Shown in pieces: positions 42,361 to 56,602 of a stretch of DNA of 64,000 nt (the stretch's first letter is position 1; each line of letters starts with the position of its first letter). The stretch lies in contig OX597814.1 of assembly GCA_951406725.2 (NCBI GenBank), forward strand, positions 100,502,001 through 100,566,000, in the 5' to 3' direction. Both the position numbers and the translations under genes were made by a program. Origin of the DNA: Octopus vulgaris. Lineage: Eukaryota. Under the pieces are notes generated by a model. The model searched no databases, was not told the origin of the DNA, and saw only the letters and a program-made list of their open reading frames with translations.

Positions 42361-42863
42361 AAGGCAGCAAGGTGGCCGGATTGTTAGCGCGCCGGGCAAA
42401 ATGCTTACAGACATTTTCTACGTCAATACGTCCAAATTCTGCCGAAGTCGACTTTACCTTTCATTCCTTTGGACTAGTTAGAATAAGTACCAGTTGAGCC
42501 CGATGTAATCAACTTAATCTCTTACCCCGAAACTGCTGGCCTTGTGCAAAAATTTAAAACCAATATTTCGAATAACTAACAATTCATTAAAATTTAGCAA
42601 TTCCCTCCTTAAATAGGATAAACTTCCATGTTGAAATCAATAGTTGATATATTCTAAAGCGGTGAGCTGGCAGAGACGTTAGCACGCCGGGTGAGATGCT
42701 CAGCGGTATTGCGTCTACCGCTACGTTCTCAGTTCAAATTCCGCCGAGGTCGACTTTGCTATTCATCCTTTCGGGGTCGATAAATTGCGTATTAGGGTCG
42801 ATCTAATCGACTGGCCCTCTCCCCCAAAATTTCGAGCCTTGTGCCTAGAGTAGAAAAGAATAT
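42361..42863 (+). mobile_element. Two SINE family B copies (42361-42562 and 42657-42863)
   Basis: Family B heads; the first has an 18-bp TSD AATATTTC(T/G)AATAACTAA at 42345-42362 and 42562-42579. Confidence 0.85.
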
Positions 42864-43721
42864 TTAATATATTCTGATAAATGTTTTAGTTGAACGTTAT
42901 AGTTTCACACTTTTACCCCAGTTAATTGTATATAATTTTAATGTTGACATTTATATTTTTAACGGTGCTTATTTGTTTTGTAATTTTCTATATATACATG
43001 ACAGACGATTAATATCTTCTTAATTCTACATCTGTATAAAGCCTTCTCGCTCAGTAAAACAAAATTACTGGAATTTATACCATATCCCTTGTGTTGCTGC
43101 CGTAGCCAAAATTGATACTGCGACGTCGAGCGGAAGTAAAGCTTAAAGTCAATAAAATATACGAGGTGAAGCAATTTTCCTACCAGTTTAGTACCATTTA
43201 GCAGTTAATATGGTATTTTAACTTCCAGTATATTTATTCAGACTTTCTGTCTTTCTTTCCCTTTACTCTCTCTTAATGTCTTTAGGATTTTTATCACAGA
43301 GTTCTATAGCTATAACGAATTTCCTTTTTCGCAGAGACCACTGCTTTAATAATTAAATAATTAGATTTACTTTCAAATCTGTTATCGTGTATTAATTGAA
43401 TTTTTTTTTAAAATAAAATTGTGACTCTTTATCATTATTTACTGTGTAGTTATCTAAATTAGAAGCAACAGATATAGGGTTACAAATGGAACCAATTCTA
43501 AAGCAAATGGGAAATGTTTGCATACAGAAATAAACATGTCTAATTATATGTATGTTTCTGTGGATGTATATGAATATGTGTATGTATAGTTATATGCATG
43601 TATATATGTGTATGTATGTATATATATATATATGTACATACATATATGTATGCGTGAATACATGTATACATATATGTGTGTGTGTGTATGTGTGTATGCA
43701 GAGACAGAGAAAGAGACAAAG

Positions 43722-43801
<80 letters not shown>

Positions 43802-45251
43802 GTTCAAAGCAACCTCATTTGTTTTGAACATGTATCCATAATACACTAGTACGTTAATGTTTCGAAGTAGCAATGTTCGGTTGAATACCATTATTCCATA
43901 ATAGATGAATGAAAATAACGTTCGCACCAGTAAATTTACGTAACGATCAAGACTTAACGACATAATAATCAGTACCGTTACGAACGGTGAATGGGATAAC
44001 TATGCAGTGTCTTAGGCTTGACGTCAGGATGTCAGTTAAATAGTTGTGTTGCACAACTCATGGTACAAATGGAATGATATTTATATAAAACTTACACATT
44101 CTGAACGTTACCCATTAGACATTTGTTTGAATTGTACTATAAAGCATATCACCTAAATGGACCTTCTTTTTAAGAGAAGGAAATGTTAAAAGTCCCTATA
44201 CTATAGTTTCCCCAATGCTTGCTTAAAACGAAACGTTTTGAATTGCGAAGTTGTCTCATGACTCGTCTGTATATCTGCATTCTCTCACCCAATGCATTTC
44301 CGGTTTGTCCAATGTAAATATTTTTGCAATTGCTAAATTTTATAAAGCATATGATTCTTGCTTTAGCAAGTCACATCAGCGTCAAGACACGTAGTGGTAA
44401 CGAATATTGCCTTTAATTCACTACCGGTATGATTTCAGTGAGAATTACCTCGACGATTGCTATTATATATAGCGAATTTTAATCATGTTTCTAATATATT
44501 CCTCATCAAATATTACTCGGATCAATTACAGTTTCAGTTTTTCGACTATCTGTTGCTTTCAATTAAAATTTTCCTATTGATGTGGAGCTACTGATTCAGT
44601 ATCGCTTTCACTGTAAATGTGATCAGGTGACACCTTAAATCTTAACAACGATCAGGAAGTATTATATCGAGGAAATGTTTTATACCGACTCATTTCATCG
44701 ACAATTTGATTTTTGGAAACCTATGTATTGTAACACATAGTCTGTAGTCGATACATAGTCTGCAAATTTACACGTTCAAATATTTCTTTTAGAAACATTG
44801 ATATGAAATTACGCATACGATTTTCTCTATCAGCTAATTCGATAATGAATGGAAGATGATCCACAGTGATGCAAAGACGTGAAACATTCGTCCGCCCCAC
44901 TACGGGGAAAACAAAATTAAGTGGTTTAACCCTGTTAAATACTTAACAAAAGAAGCAAAGGTCTTTGAGCAGATTTCGATCTTCGAGAAATATAATGATT
45001 GTCAAAATTGTTTCAGATCCGCAAAGATTTCATATTGCATAGTAATTGAATTCTAAATTACAATTGCCCAGTGTATTCTATCATATTTCAAAGATATTTA
45101 AATAACATCCTTCAAGTTTTGCTTTAGCTTAATTTTGGAGCTAACTAGCCTTATCTCTCTTTCTCTTTCTCTCTTTCTCGGTCTGTATACACACACACAC
45201 ACATACATACATATATATATATATATGTATGTATATATATATATATGTATG

Positions 45252-45353
<102 letters not shown>

Positions 45354-45533
45354 TGAATAAATAAATAAATGGAGTTGATCGAAGATGTTATTAAAATTCT
45401 TTCACTTTCGACATATGTTTCGAAGACAACATGGTTTTGTTCCAAAGGAATAAACGGTGTAAAATGCAATCTTCTCATCAGGAAAGAAAGAATTTTCCAT
45501 GTTAACGGTAAACATAGGATATTTCATTCGTTC

Positions 45534-45584
<51 letters not shown>

Positions 45585-48386
45585 CATAGATACATTCATA
45601 CAGAGACAAAGAGAGAGAGAGAGAGAGATAGTATGATTGAATCCTTTTTAAAAGACAAGCAAGAAGGTCGAAAACTCTACGTCCACGTTAGAATGAAATT
45701 TATATCGAATGCTTTTGTAGAATGCCATTGTTGAATCTACTATTTTATGGGAGATTTCATAAGATAGTGAAAAAAATTTCCTCCACATTTCTGCAAAATA
45801 CTTTTGAGAAATTCACGAATAGCAGAACAGCAGAAGTTTGTTTGCTGGAACACCCTCTTATAATGCGTCTAAGCATTTGTTGAGTAAAAATTTTTCAATC
45901 TTTTCTGGTGTCTACGAAAAATTTCCTGAAACTTCGGTTGGGTATGTTTGTATCAATTATGTTGCAATCATAATTTAGAGTGTACGTTAGTGTTTCTGCA
46001 TTAAGCCTAAGTTATCTATTTTTAGAGCAACAAGCGATACACCTGTCAGTCCATTTATTGATTAGCTTTTGCTAATTCGGATTTGCAAAGAAATGTATCC
46101 TTAAATAAACGTGGAAACGTGTATCATTAAATGTCCTTGTCTTTCACACTTCAGGGAAGATGTTCTCCAAATAAGAAGCCTTCACGTTAATGATTTAGAC
46201 ATAGTCTCCGTTTGCTCACCTATTTAAAATTGATTCACTTTAATATTCGGTTTTTAGTTTATGTTAGCCTCTATAGTTTAAGTTAGCCTCAATGATAACT
46301 CACTGATAGACTCAAGGATAAACCATTGCCTATAAATCAACAAGTTCTAGATAACCAGGCTCTACAATAAGAGAAGCATATTATAGAGATGAATAGTTCT
46401 AACGTGAGATAAATTCTATAAACCATAATCTTGTTTCAGAGCGGTCAAGAAAATACCATAGAGGACAATGTTATGTATGTTAAACTTAGAAAAAGAATTC
46501 ATCGGATTCACTTTACAAGGTACAAATATTGATAATCTCAATAAATTTATTCACATGCGTACAGAGGTACATGTTAAGTTACATAACAGCAAAGAGGCTC
46601 TCAAAAGAGATTTCCATTATCTCTAACCAAATAGACTTGAAAATTTGCTAGATGATATAAAGGAATATCTACTAGAGTCATATTATTCTAGTTTCTACAG
46701 ACGTATCTCATAAGTTATTCGTTTTACCTGTTTTTATCTTCACAATATACAACAAGTCCTAGATACCAGGTTCAAAAATAACAAATGCAGATTACACGGC
46801 TGACTAAGACCTGGAAGGAACACGCTACAAGCATAAACATTCTAAAACAACTAATACAATAAGGTTTCTGAAACAAAATACAATTAAGAAATCAGTTCAC
46901 TTTGCTTGACACTGCCAGAGAAGGGAAGCTGGTTAACTACACCTCAAAATACAACATCGCATTAGTCACCTGTGAAAGTGTATGGCGATCAATGAACAGA
47001 TGACGCTTGGTAGAAGATAGAGATGAATGAAGGACCAGGATTATGCAAATCCGAAAGTGCTTGATTCACCGACGATAATGTTATTCATATATCAAAGAGA
47101 TCGTATACAATTTGTTTTAGGATGTTGCTTGTTTTATACATAGGCAGCCTCTTCAAGAGTGGTTGATTTATTGTAAGAAAGCACATCAAAATGGTTTGGT
47201 AACACTGAAAAATTTATAAACGAAGAGTAAATATTTCTATAACATGTCTTCAGGAAACGAATATTTTTCCATATGTACATATGTGTGTGCATATATAGAC
47301 ACAAACACACACACACTATATATATATACACACACAAACACACTATATATATGTATGTATGTGTGCATATATACATGTATTTATATATACTTACGTATAT
47401 TTTATGTAGATGTATACAAATATGTGTGTGTGTATGCCAGCAGCTATATCCATTCACACATTTATACATGTGTCTATGTTTTTGCCTGTCTTTCTCCATT
47501 TATATGTATGTATATGTGTATGTGTGCCAGTGCGTGTGTATATATGCCTGCGTCCGTGGGTGCCTGTGTATGTGCTTCTGTGCGCCTATGTGTGTGTGTG
47601 TATACATGCATATATTTACATATGATATAACTGCCATGTTTTATGGATGGAATTTTTGAAGTGGGATTGTCAACAGGAAGCAGGTGGGTGTTGAAGAGAG
47701 ACATCTGCAGCAAAATATTAGAAAGTATTCTGACACATAAGCATGTGTAAACTCAAAAAGAAAACAGTTGCGGTGTTGGTGTCTTGGTACGGTGGTAAGG
47801 GTGATTGTAGTCATATTAGTGTTCTTTTTTTCTTTTTTTTATAGTATGTAATATTTCCTTTTTTTTTATTTCTTATTTTTATCTTGTTACAATCAACATT
47901 AGTAATGTCGTTAATGGTGATGATTGTGATAACGCTAATAATAATAATAACAATGATGATAATGAGTAGGTGGAGAGGTGAGGAGAAGGAGGAGGGGGTT
48001 AGCAATAATAATAATTTCTTAATTGGACAAACTGTTTTATGAATAATTGCGGAAGGAAGACGAACAATTCTATAAAGTTGTTCTAATTAAAACGTATTTG
48101 CACATAAAATGAATTCGCGATCATTCGCAAAAAATCCAAATCACTTTATGACTTAGAATCCTTGTAATACTGTTGCATTCTTTATTCTTCCAGGTCTGTT
48201 ATCTTTTATCTTTTACTTGTTTGAGTCGAACAAATCGACCCTAAGTCTTATTAGTTTTTGAAACCTAGTTCTTATTCTGTCGCTCTCTTTTGCCGAACCA
48301 CTAAGCTACGGGGACGTAAACACACGAACACCTGTTATCAAGCGGTCGTTGGGGACAAAAACCGATACAAAGACACGCACACATAA

Positions 48387-48464
<78 letters not shown>

Positions 48465-49484
48465 CAACGATGAGCGTCTTTCAGTTTCCTTCAACCATAT
48501 TTACTCACAAGGCATCGGTCGGTCCGAAGCTATAGTAAAAGACACTTGCCCAAGATACCGTGGGACCGAACTCGGTACCATGTGGATGAAGACAAGCTTT
48601 TTACTACACAGCCACAACTGCCCCTTGCTCAATATAAATAAAAAATTCTCTTGTTTTACTCATCTACTTTTCAGACATCCTAAATTATCCCCTCCAGGCC
48701 TCTTAGATCATTACTAAAGTATATAATCCATTTGACTGCGTAGCGATATTTCACTCACCAACACGCTAAGAGTGGCTCAAAAGCATATGATTTATTTATT
48801 TATTCATTGCCTCTGCTATTGATTCTATAACGACTACTACTTTTCTAAATTAGATATGTGCGTAATTACTATGCATAGACAATCCCACCTCTTATACCTC
48901 TCTTTATCTCGTCACACTCCTTGTATTTAATCTCCCAAATACCGCACTACATATTTCGCACTGTTCTTCTGTAGGGCTATAACCTTTTGGACTCCACACC
49001 ATGCTACGTTGTTTTTTACAGTAACTGAATTACAAATGCTTAAAGTCAATCACTGAAAATCAGTCACATCAGTCTCATCGGAATATATGCAAATACAATA
49101 GTCTCAACACCTTAAGAGAACTTTCGCAATCCTTGATTTCAGTCTACTTCAGCTGAACCAAACACCAGCTCATACTCTACTGTGCTCACTTGAAATGCAC
49201 ACCGGCTCATACTCTAATATCCTCAACTGAAATAGGCATAGGTCTCCTTCTCTTTCTCTCTCTCCCTCTCTCTCACAGACAGCTGACATATCCTGGATGT
49301 TTTGCCGAGTCATGAGTAGGAAGGGCGAATTGGGGTCTATGCCAGCTGGCGGCTATTGAGGTACCTAAAAGAATTAGCGAAAGCAGGCTACTTATTGCCA
49401 AGTCATACTCGTTTGTGGATTAGGTCTTCGTTTTTATAAAGTATTTTGGAGCAAGCTTACAAATACATAGACAGTCATATATAG

Positions 49485-49908
49485 GTTTTAAATTTTGACT
49501 CAAGACCAGCCTTTTGATGGGAAAGGGGGAAGTCGATTACGTCGATTCCAGTACTCAACTAGTACTTATTTTACTAATCTCGAAAGGATGAAAGATAAAG
49601 GCGGAATTTGAGCTCAGAACGTAAAGTCAGAGAGAATGCCGCTAAGCGTTTTGCGATCTTACCAGTTCGCTGCCTTAGATATGGACAGTCATATATTAAT
49701 TAGTTTCACATTTTGGCATAAGGCCAGTAATTTAGGGGTAGGGATAAATCGATTACATTAATACCCCAGTGCTCAACTGGTACTTATTTTATTGACTCCG
49801 AAAGGAGGAAAGTAAAGACGATCTCGGCGGAATTTGAACTCAGAACTTAAGTACAAACAAAATACCGATGTGTTTTGCCCGGTGTGTTAACGACTCTCAG
49901 TTCGCCAT
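49485..49908 (-). mobile_element. Two adjacent SINE family B copies (49485-49677 and 49703-49908); another at 59532-59720
   Basis: Reverse-complement family B sequence, delimited by three copies of GACAGTCATATA. Confidence 0.8.
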
Positions 49909-49934
49909 AATATATGGACAGTCATATAGTATTA

Positions 49935-50168
49935 AAGTGATCCTTCGACATCGCAGGTGTTACGTTTCAAAAAACCTCCCATAGAAATAATTAAACTCTA
50001 AAAAAATATAAATACCTATAGGCTGCTGTAACCCGCGATATACTGAGTCAGCGATATAAATTTACATATATTAGCCAGAAAAATCCGCGATGTACTGAGT
50101 GCGTGATAGGTGAACCATAATATACTGAGTGCGCGATAGTTGAACCGCGATAACGTGAAGGATTACTG
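49935..50168. mobile_element. pogo/Tigger-like MITE
   Basis: TA-flanked imperfect TIRs AAGTGATCCTTCGACATCGC..GCGATAACGTGAAGGATTACTG with internal CCGCGAT repeats. Confidence 0.7.
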
Positions 50169-51323
50169 TAATTACAAAACTTCGTGTAATCGTGTTCCTT
50201 CAATATTTTACAGATTTTAACTTAATGCCTTCACGTTATACAGCTACAGTTCAATTGTTTGTAAGCGCTCATCATAAGGTTATTCAGTCAGGGAAAGTAT
50301 CAATTTTAAATGCACTAAAGATATTTCCTCCAAAATATAATATTTTATGGCAATATGTGTATCAATTGCATCGTTCGGGAAAATATTTGAAATAAATGCA
50401 GCGCTAGAAGCAATCTATAAAGACGTATTCTTATGTTGTTAGAGAAAAATTTTTAGAAATTTTTCTCAATTTCATTTTTTTCTTTTTGTCCGTTGTACTT
50501 TTTTGCTTTTTAATCATATTATTTTTTATTCACTTTTTATGCATTCGAAATTTATTACAATATCAGCTATTTTAACTTCTGGCTGATTACACACAATGAA
50601 ATTTTCCATCTCACAAACATACATACAAACATCACCCTTACATATACACTCACAAATATTTATATGCACATAGATACATAAATGCGCGCATACATATATA
50701 CTATACATTCATATCCATGTGTGTGTGTGTATTGTTAACTCTATATTTAGTCATGAATAATAAATCATTCTAGCGTCGTAAACGAAATGATTTGACTACC
50801 TTTCAGAAAAGAAATGACAAAAATGCTAAGAATATTATTGCTTCGTTTCTACTTAAAACATACTTTGATTTTGGACAATAATATCTGCTTTATGATACAT
50901 AAAGTAACATAAATACAAATTTAATTTCAACAATTTAAAATAAATCTAATTGTGAACTGTCAACATTATGTTCGGTTTCGAAAGGAAATCATATATAGAA
51001 TATATTTATTATGAAACAGAACTTGTGTTTGAACGAAATACGCTAATAGTAAAAACAACTAGAAATATTTTATAACAGTTAAGAAAAATATCCCCAAATA
51101 GGAAATTCTAACTTCCCGTCAACTGTTATAGATTATTTTGTCTCATATACGATTCTAAACACAGCAGTTTATAGGGAGAAAAGGTGAAATAGGAATATAT
51201 TTGATTTTAGCGGAAGTAAAATGGCAGAAACAAAATAAAAATCTTAATCTTAACTGTTGTACGCACATTTATAACACAGTACATACGCACGTGCATACAT
51301 ATATTTGTGCGTGTGCGCGTATT

Positions 51324-51448
<125 letters not shown>

Positions 51449-51465
51449 GGCTGCCTCCGTGAATT

Positions 51466-51866
51466 ACTCTTTACTCTTTTACTTGTTTCAGTCATTTGAC
51501 TGCGGCCATGCTGGAGCACCACCTTTAGTCGAGCAAATCGACCCCGGGACTTATTCTTTGTAAGCCCAGTACTTATTCTATCGGTCTCTTTTTGCCGAAC
51601 CGCTAAGTGACGGGGGCGTAAACACACCAGCATCGGTTGTCAAGCAATGCTAGGGGGACAAACACAGACACACAAACACACACATACATATATATATATA
51701 TACGACGGGCTTCTTTCAGTTTCCGTCTACCAAATCCACTCACAAGGCATTGGTCGGACCGGGGCTATAGCAGAAGACACTTGCCCAAGATGCCACGCAG
51801 TGGGTCTGAACCCGGAACCATGTGGTTGGTTAGCAAGCTACTTACCACACAGCCACTCCTGCGCCT
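51466..51866 (-). mobile_element. SINE family A, full length
   Basis: Near-identical to 10552-11003. Confidence 0.92.
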
Positions 51867-52025
51867 ATATTATAAGATATTTTAATTTTTTTCAGCATAT
51901 CGTACTTCAATGCGGAAAGAATCACAAACTTCGATCTCAGAAAACCACTATTGTTGCTTTTTATATTTTCTACGGATTCCTTGGAGCTAACCTTCTTCCT
52001 ACACCTCGATCCTTAAAACTTACAT

Positions 52026-52173
<148 letters not shown>

Positions 52174-52181
52174 ATCTATCT

Positions 52182-52234
<53 letters not shown>

Positions 52235-52522
52235 AATATACGCACACACCTACACACGTTCAAATATGTATACATATATTTATACAATATTACACACACA
52301 CTTATATTTGCGTATGCACAAAAATATATTTCTGTGAGTAACAAATAGATAGCAACAGGTTTGGCCCACTTGGGAGAAGGAAGAGTTGGTGTGAGTCCTA
52401 CTCTTTCTTAACTCAGACACGCGCATCAAAATTTATCGACCTATTTGATGCATATATCTACATACATATACAGACACACACACACACATATATATGTATG
52501 TATGTATCTGTACATATATGTG

Positions 52523-52679
<157 letters not shown>

Positions 52680-53063
52680 TGTGGTCATCAGTTAATAGCG
52701 ATAAGGCGCGGAATGTAGAGGAGGATATGTGAAATTAAGACACAAAAGTTCCGGTTACCATTTGTCATGGATGACTACATTAGAATCAAGAAAACTACTA
52801 ACTGAAACAGTGCATGCATCTTGATGAGATTTGGCTCCCCCTCTCATGCCTCTTGTATGTAGACCGCCGAAAATCACTTCAGACACTTCATTTCCACTTC
52901 TCATGGTTGTGAGTTCAAATGCGGTGAAATTCCCTTTAATCTTTTTTACTTTAGTGATAAGGTTAAATGTTTAATATTCAGTGTTGAAATCATCCGCGAT
53001 ATTGTGGTAGTAGTAGTAGTGGAGGTGGTGGTGGTGTTGGTGGTGGTGGTGGTGGAGGTAGTG

Positions 53064-53114
<51 letters not shown>

Positions 53115-53524
53115 TTTGTTGTTGTTATACTATGGAAGATCTAGAAACTTTTATACATGTACGCAGATGTTGGTGGTGGTGGTCCGTGTTGGCGGCATTT
53201 TGTCTATTTGAGTTTATCTTTCAAATTAAATTCGCTAAAGTTATAGTAAACTGAGTTTTTAGAGTCATATTACTTTATCTTTTTGTGCATAGCTTAAAAA
53301 ACGATATCAACCTTACGGCATGTTGTCTTGGTATCGCTCATTGAAAGGCGGCCATGCAGAGCTTTCCTTCAACGGGTTTGATGCAAGTATTTCGCGCCTC
53401 GCATTTAATGTTACCGACTTATATTCATTGATTCAATGAGTTTATCGCAAGTTATGCCCTTCGTTGGTTGTTATATTCTCTAAAATATATAACAGAGAAT
53501 TGACACTGGTTTACACATGCGTCT

Positions 53525-53820
53525 GAAGGTGCATGGTTCACTGGTTAGAGCGTCTGGCTCAGTCATGAGGATGTGAGTTCGACTTCCGGACCAGGCTGTG
53601 TATTGTGTTCATGAGCAAGGCACCTTATTTCGCGTTGCTCCAATTCACGCAGCTGTAGAAATTAGTGACGACGTCACTGGTGCCAAGCTGTATCGGCCTT
53701 TGTTTTTCCCTAGGATAACATCAGTGTTGTGGAGCGGAGAGGCTGGTATGCATGGGTAACTGCTGGCCTTCCATAAACAACATAGTCGGGACTTGTGCCT
53801 CGGAGGTGCAATCGTTCTAT
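53525..53820 (+). mobile_element. tRNA-derived SINE (family D), followed by a partial family A copy (53825-54182, -)
   Basis: Head TGGTTCACTGGTTAGAGCG..GAGTTCGACTTCC with a CORE-like TTGTGTTCATGAGCAAGGCAC body. Confidence 0.75.
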
Positions 53821-53919
53821 TTCCTGAACCGCTAAGTTACGGGGACGCAAACATACCAACTTTGGTTGTGAAGCAACGATGTTGGGGACAAACACAGACA
53901 CAAGACACACACACACATA

Positions 53920-53998
<79 letters not shown>

Positions 53999-54180
53999 AT
54001 ATATATGTATATGTATGAATGTATGTATATATATGCACGACTGGGTTCTGTCAGTTTCGGTCAACCACTCACAAGGCTTTGGTCGGGCCGTGGCTATAGT
54101 TGAAGACACTTGCTCAAGGTGCCACGCAGTGGGACTGAACCGATGACCATGTGGTTTTTAAGCAAGCTTCTTATCACACA

Positions 54181-54222
<42 letters not shown>

Positions 54223-54402
54223 TGTGTGATAAGAAGCTTGCTTAAAAACCACATGGTCATCGGTTCATCCCACTGCGTGGCACCTTGAGCAAGTGTCTTC
54301 AACTATAGCCAGGGCCCGACCAAAGCCTTGTGAGTGGTTGACCGAAACTGACAGAACCCAGTCGTGCATATATATACATACATTCATACATATACATATA
54401 TA

Positions 54403-54468
<66 letters not shown>

Positions 54469-54857
54469 CATATATATGTGTGTGTGTGTCTTGTGTCTGT
54501 GTTTGTCCCCAACATCGTTGCTTCACAACCAAAGTTGGTATGTTTGCGTCCCCGTAACTTAGCGGTTCAGAAATAGAACGATTGCACCTCCGAGGCACAA
54601 GTCCCGACTATGTTGTTTATGGAAGGCCAGCAGTTACCCATGCATACCAGCCTCTCCGCTCCACAACACTGATGTTATCCTAGGGAAAAACAAAGGCCGA
54701 TACAGCTTGGCACCAGTGACGTCGTCACTAATTTCTACAGCTGCGTGAATTGGAGCAACGCGAAATAAGGTGCCTTGCTCATGAACACAATACACAGCCT
54801 GGTCCGGAAGTCGAACTCACATCCTCATGACTGAGCCAGACGCTCTAACCAGTGAAC
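53536..54857. repeat. 1.32-kb near-perfect palindrome (inverted duplication) centred on (AT)19
   Basis: 54221-54857 is the reverse complement of 53536-54182; outside the microsatellites only about three differences are visible; the centre 54183-54220 is pure (AT)n. Confidence 0.95.
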
Positions 54858-55176
54858 ACTCTCTTATATTTATTTTGTGAAAATATTATAATATGTTATA
54901 AAATATTATAATAATCCAGGTTTCTCGTAGCACTAGGCCACTTGGTGTGGAATAAATATACTATTAAATTAGTATCTAATTCTCTCACCCTTATTAATTA
55001 ATTATAATTATGCTGCATTTATTTCTAAATGCTGTATTTGTTTTTCCGTGAGAGTTTGGCGCGCTGTTGGTTGGGGCATTTGAATTATAACGTCCGATGT
55101 AATCAATTGAACCGCACGCGTAATTATCGTTATGGTAAAATCTGGCGTGTGATTGAGTGGATTTCATCAAGATAGC

Positions 55177-55254
55177 CTTGGCTGAAGAGCTACAAATGGA
55201 TTACTGTAAGTAATATTACATTTAATTCATTAATAGCGAAACAATTGTCCCAAG
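55177..55254 (+). ncRNA. Type I hammerhead ribozyme, copy 1
   Basis: Stem I CTTGG/CCAAG; core CTGAAGA (55182-55188); stem II GCTA..TAGC; GAAAC (55238-55242); AATT loop; GTC cleavage triplet, predicted cut after 55249. Confidence 0.85.
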
Positions 55255-55711
55255 ATAATCTGTATTTTTGTTATTTTTTATTTGCCCTGTCCGTGTGAAC
55301 TAACAGTCGTACCGGCTTTCATGGGAAACATGTATTTTTCGTGGTTGAAACCTCTTGGATTAACTAGTGCTAGAGTGATCAATATAGTGAACACTCTCTT
55401 ATATTTATTTTGTGAAAATATTATAATATGTTATAAAATATTATAATAATCCAGGTTTCTCGTAGCACTAGGCCACTTGGTGTGGAATAAATATACTATT
55501 AAATTAGTATCTAATTCTCTCACCCTTATTAATTAATTATAATTATGCTGCATTTATTTCTAAATGCTGTATTTGTTTTTCCGTGAGAGTTTGGCGCGCT
55601 GTTGGTTGGGGCATTTGAATTATAACGTCCGATGTAATCAATTGAACCGCACGCGTAATTATCGTTATGGTAAAATCTGGCGTGTGATTGAGTGGATTTC
55701 ATCAAGATAGC

Positions 55712-55789
55712 CTTGGCTGAAGAGCTACAAATGGATTACTGTAAGTAATATTACATTTAATTCATTAATAGCGAAACAATTGTCCCAAG
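55712..55789 (+). ncRNA. Type I hammerhead ribozyme, copy 2
   Basis: Identical to copy 1; predicted cut after 55784. Confidence 0.85.
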
Positions 55790-56246
55790 ATAATCTGTAT
55801 TCTTGTTATTTTTTATTTGCCCTGTCCGTGTGAACTAACAGTCGTACCGGCTTTCATGGGAAACATGTATTTTTCGTGGTTGAAACCTCTTGGATTAACT
55901 AGTGCTAGAGTGATCAATATAGTGAACACTCTCTTATATTTATTTTGTGAAAATATTATAATATGTTATAAAATATTATAATAATCCAGGTTTCTCGTAG
56001 CACTAGGCCACTTGGTGTGGAATAAATATACTATTAAATTAGTATCTAATTCTCTCACCCTTATTAATTAATTATAATTATGCTGCATTTATTTCTAAAT
56101 GCTGTATTTGTTTTTCCGTGAGAGTTTGGCGCGCTGTTGGTTGGGGCATTTGAATTATAACGTCCGATGTAATCAATTGAACCGCACGCGTAATTATCGT
56201 TATGGTAAAATCTGGCGTGTGATTGAGTGGATTTCATCAAGATAGC

Positions 56247-56324
56247 CTTGGCTGAAGAGCTACAAATGGATTACTGTAAGTAATATTACATTTAATTCAT
56301 TAATAGCGAAACAATTGTCCCAAG
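56247..56324 (+). ncRNA. Type I hammerhead ribozyme, copy 3
   Basis: Identical to copy 1; predicted cut after 56319. Confidence 0.85.
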
Positions 56325-56602
56325 ATAATCTGTATTTTTGTTATTTTTTATTTGCCCTGTCCGTGTGAACTAACAGTCGTACCGGCTTTCATGGGAAACA
56401 TGTATTTTTCGTGGTTGAAACCTCTTGGATTAACTAGTGCTAGAGTGATCAATATAGTGAACACTCTCTTATATTTATTTTGTGTAAATATTATAATATG
56501 TTATAAAATATTATAATAATCCAGGTTTCTCATAGCACTAGGCCACTTGGTGTGGAATAAATATACTATTAAATTAGTATCTAATTCTCTCACCCTTATT
56601 AA

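Noticed and set aside
46190-47060. Possible very old LINE coding remnant (LVEDRDE* resembling DRxxW near 47010-47030)
   Set aside because: Too decayed; a single short motif is not enough to call.
53293-53440. Plus-strand acceptor followed by a 48-codon open frame (LKKRYQPYGMLSWYRSLKGG..)
   Set aside because: No recognisable homology or donor site, and the length is compatible with chance.
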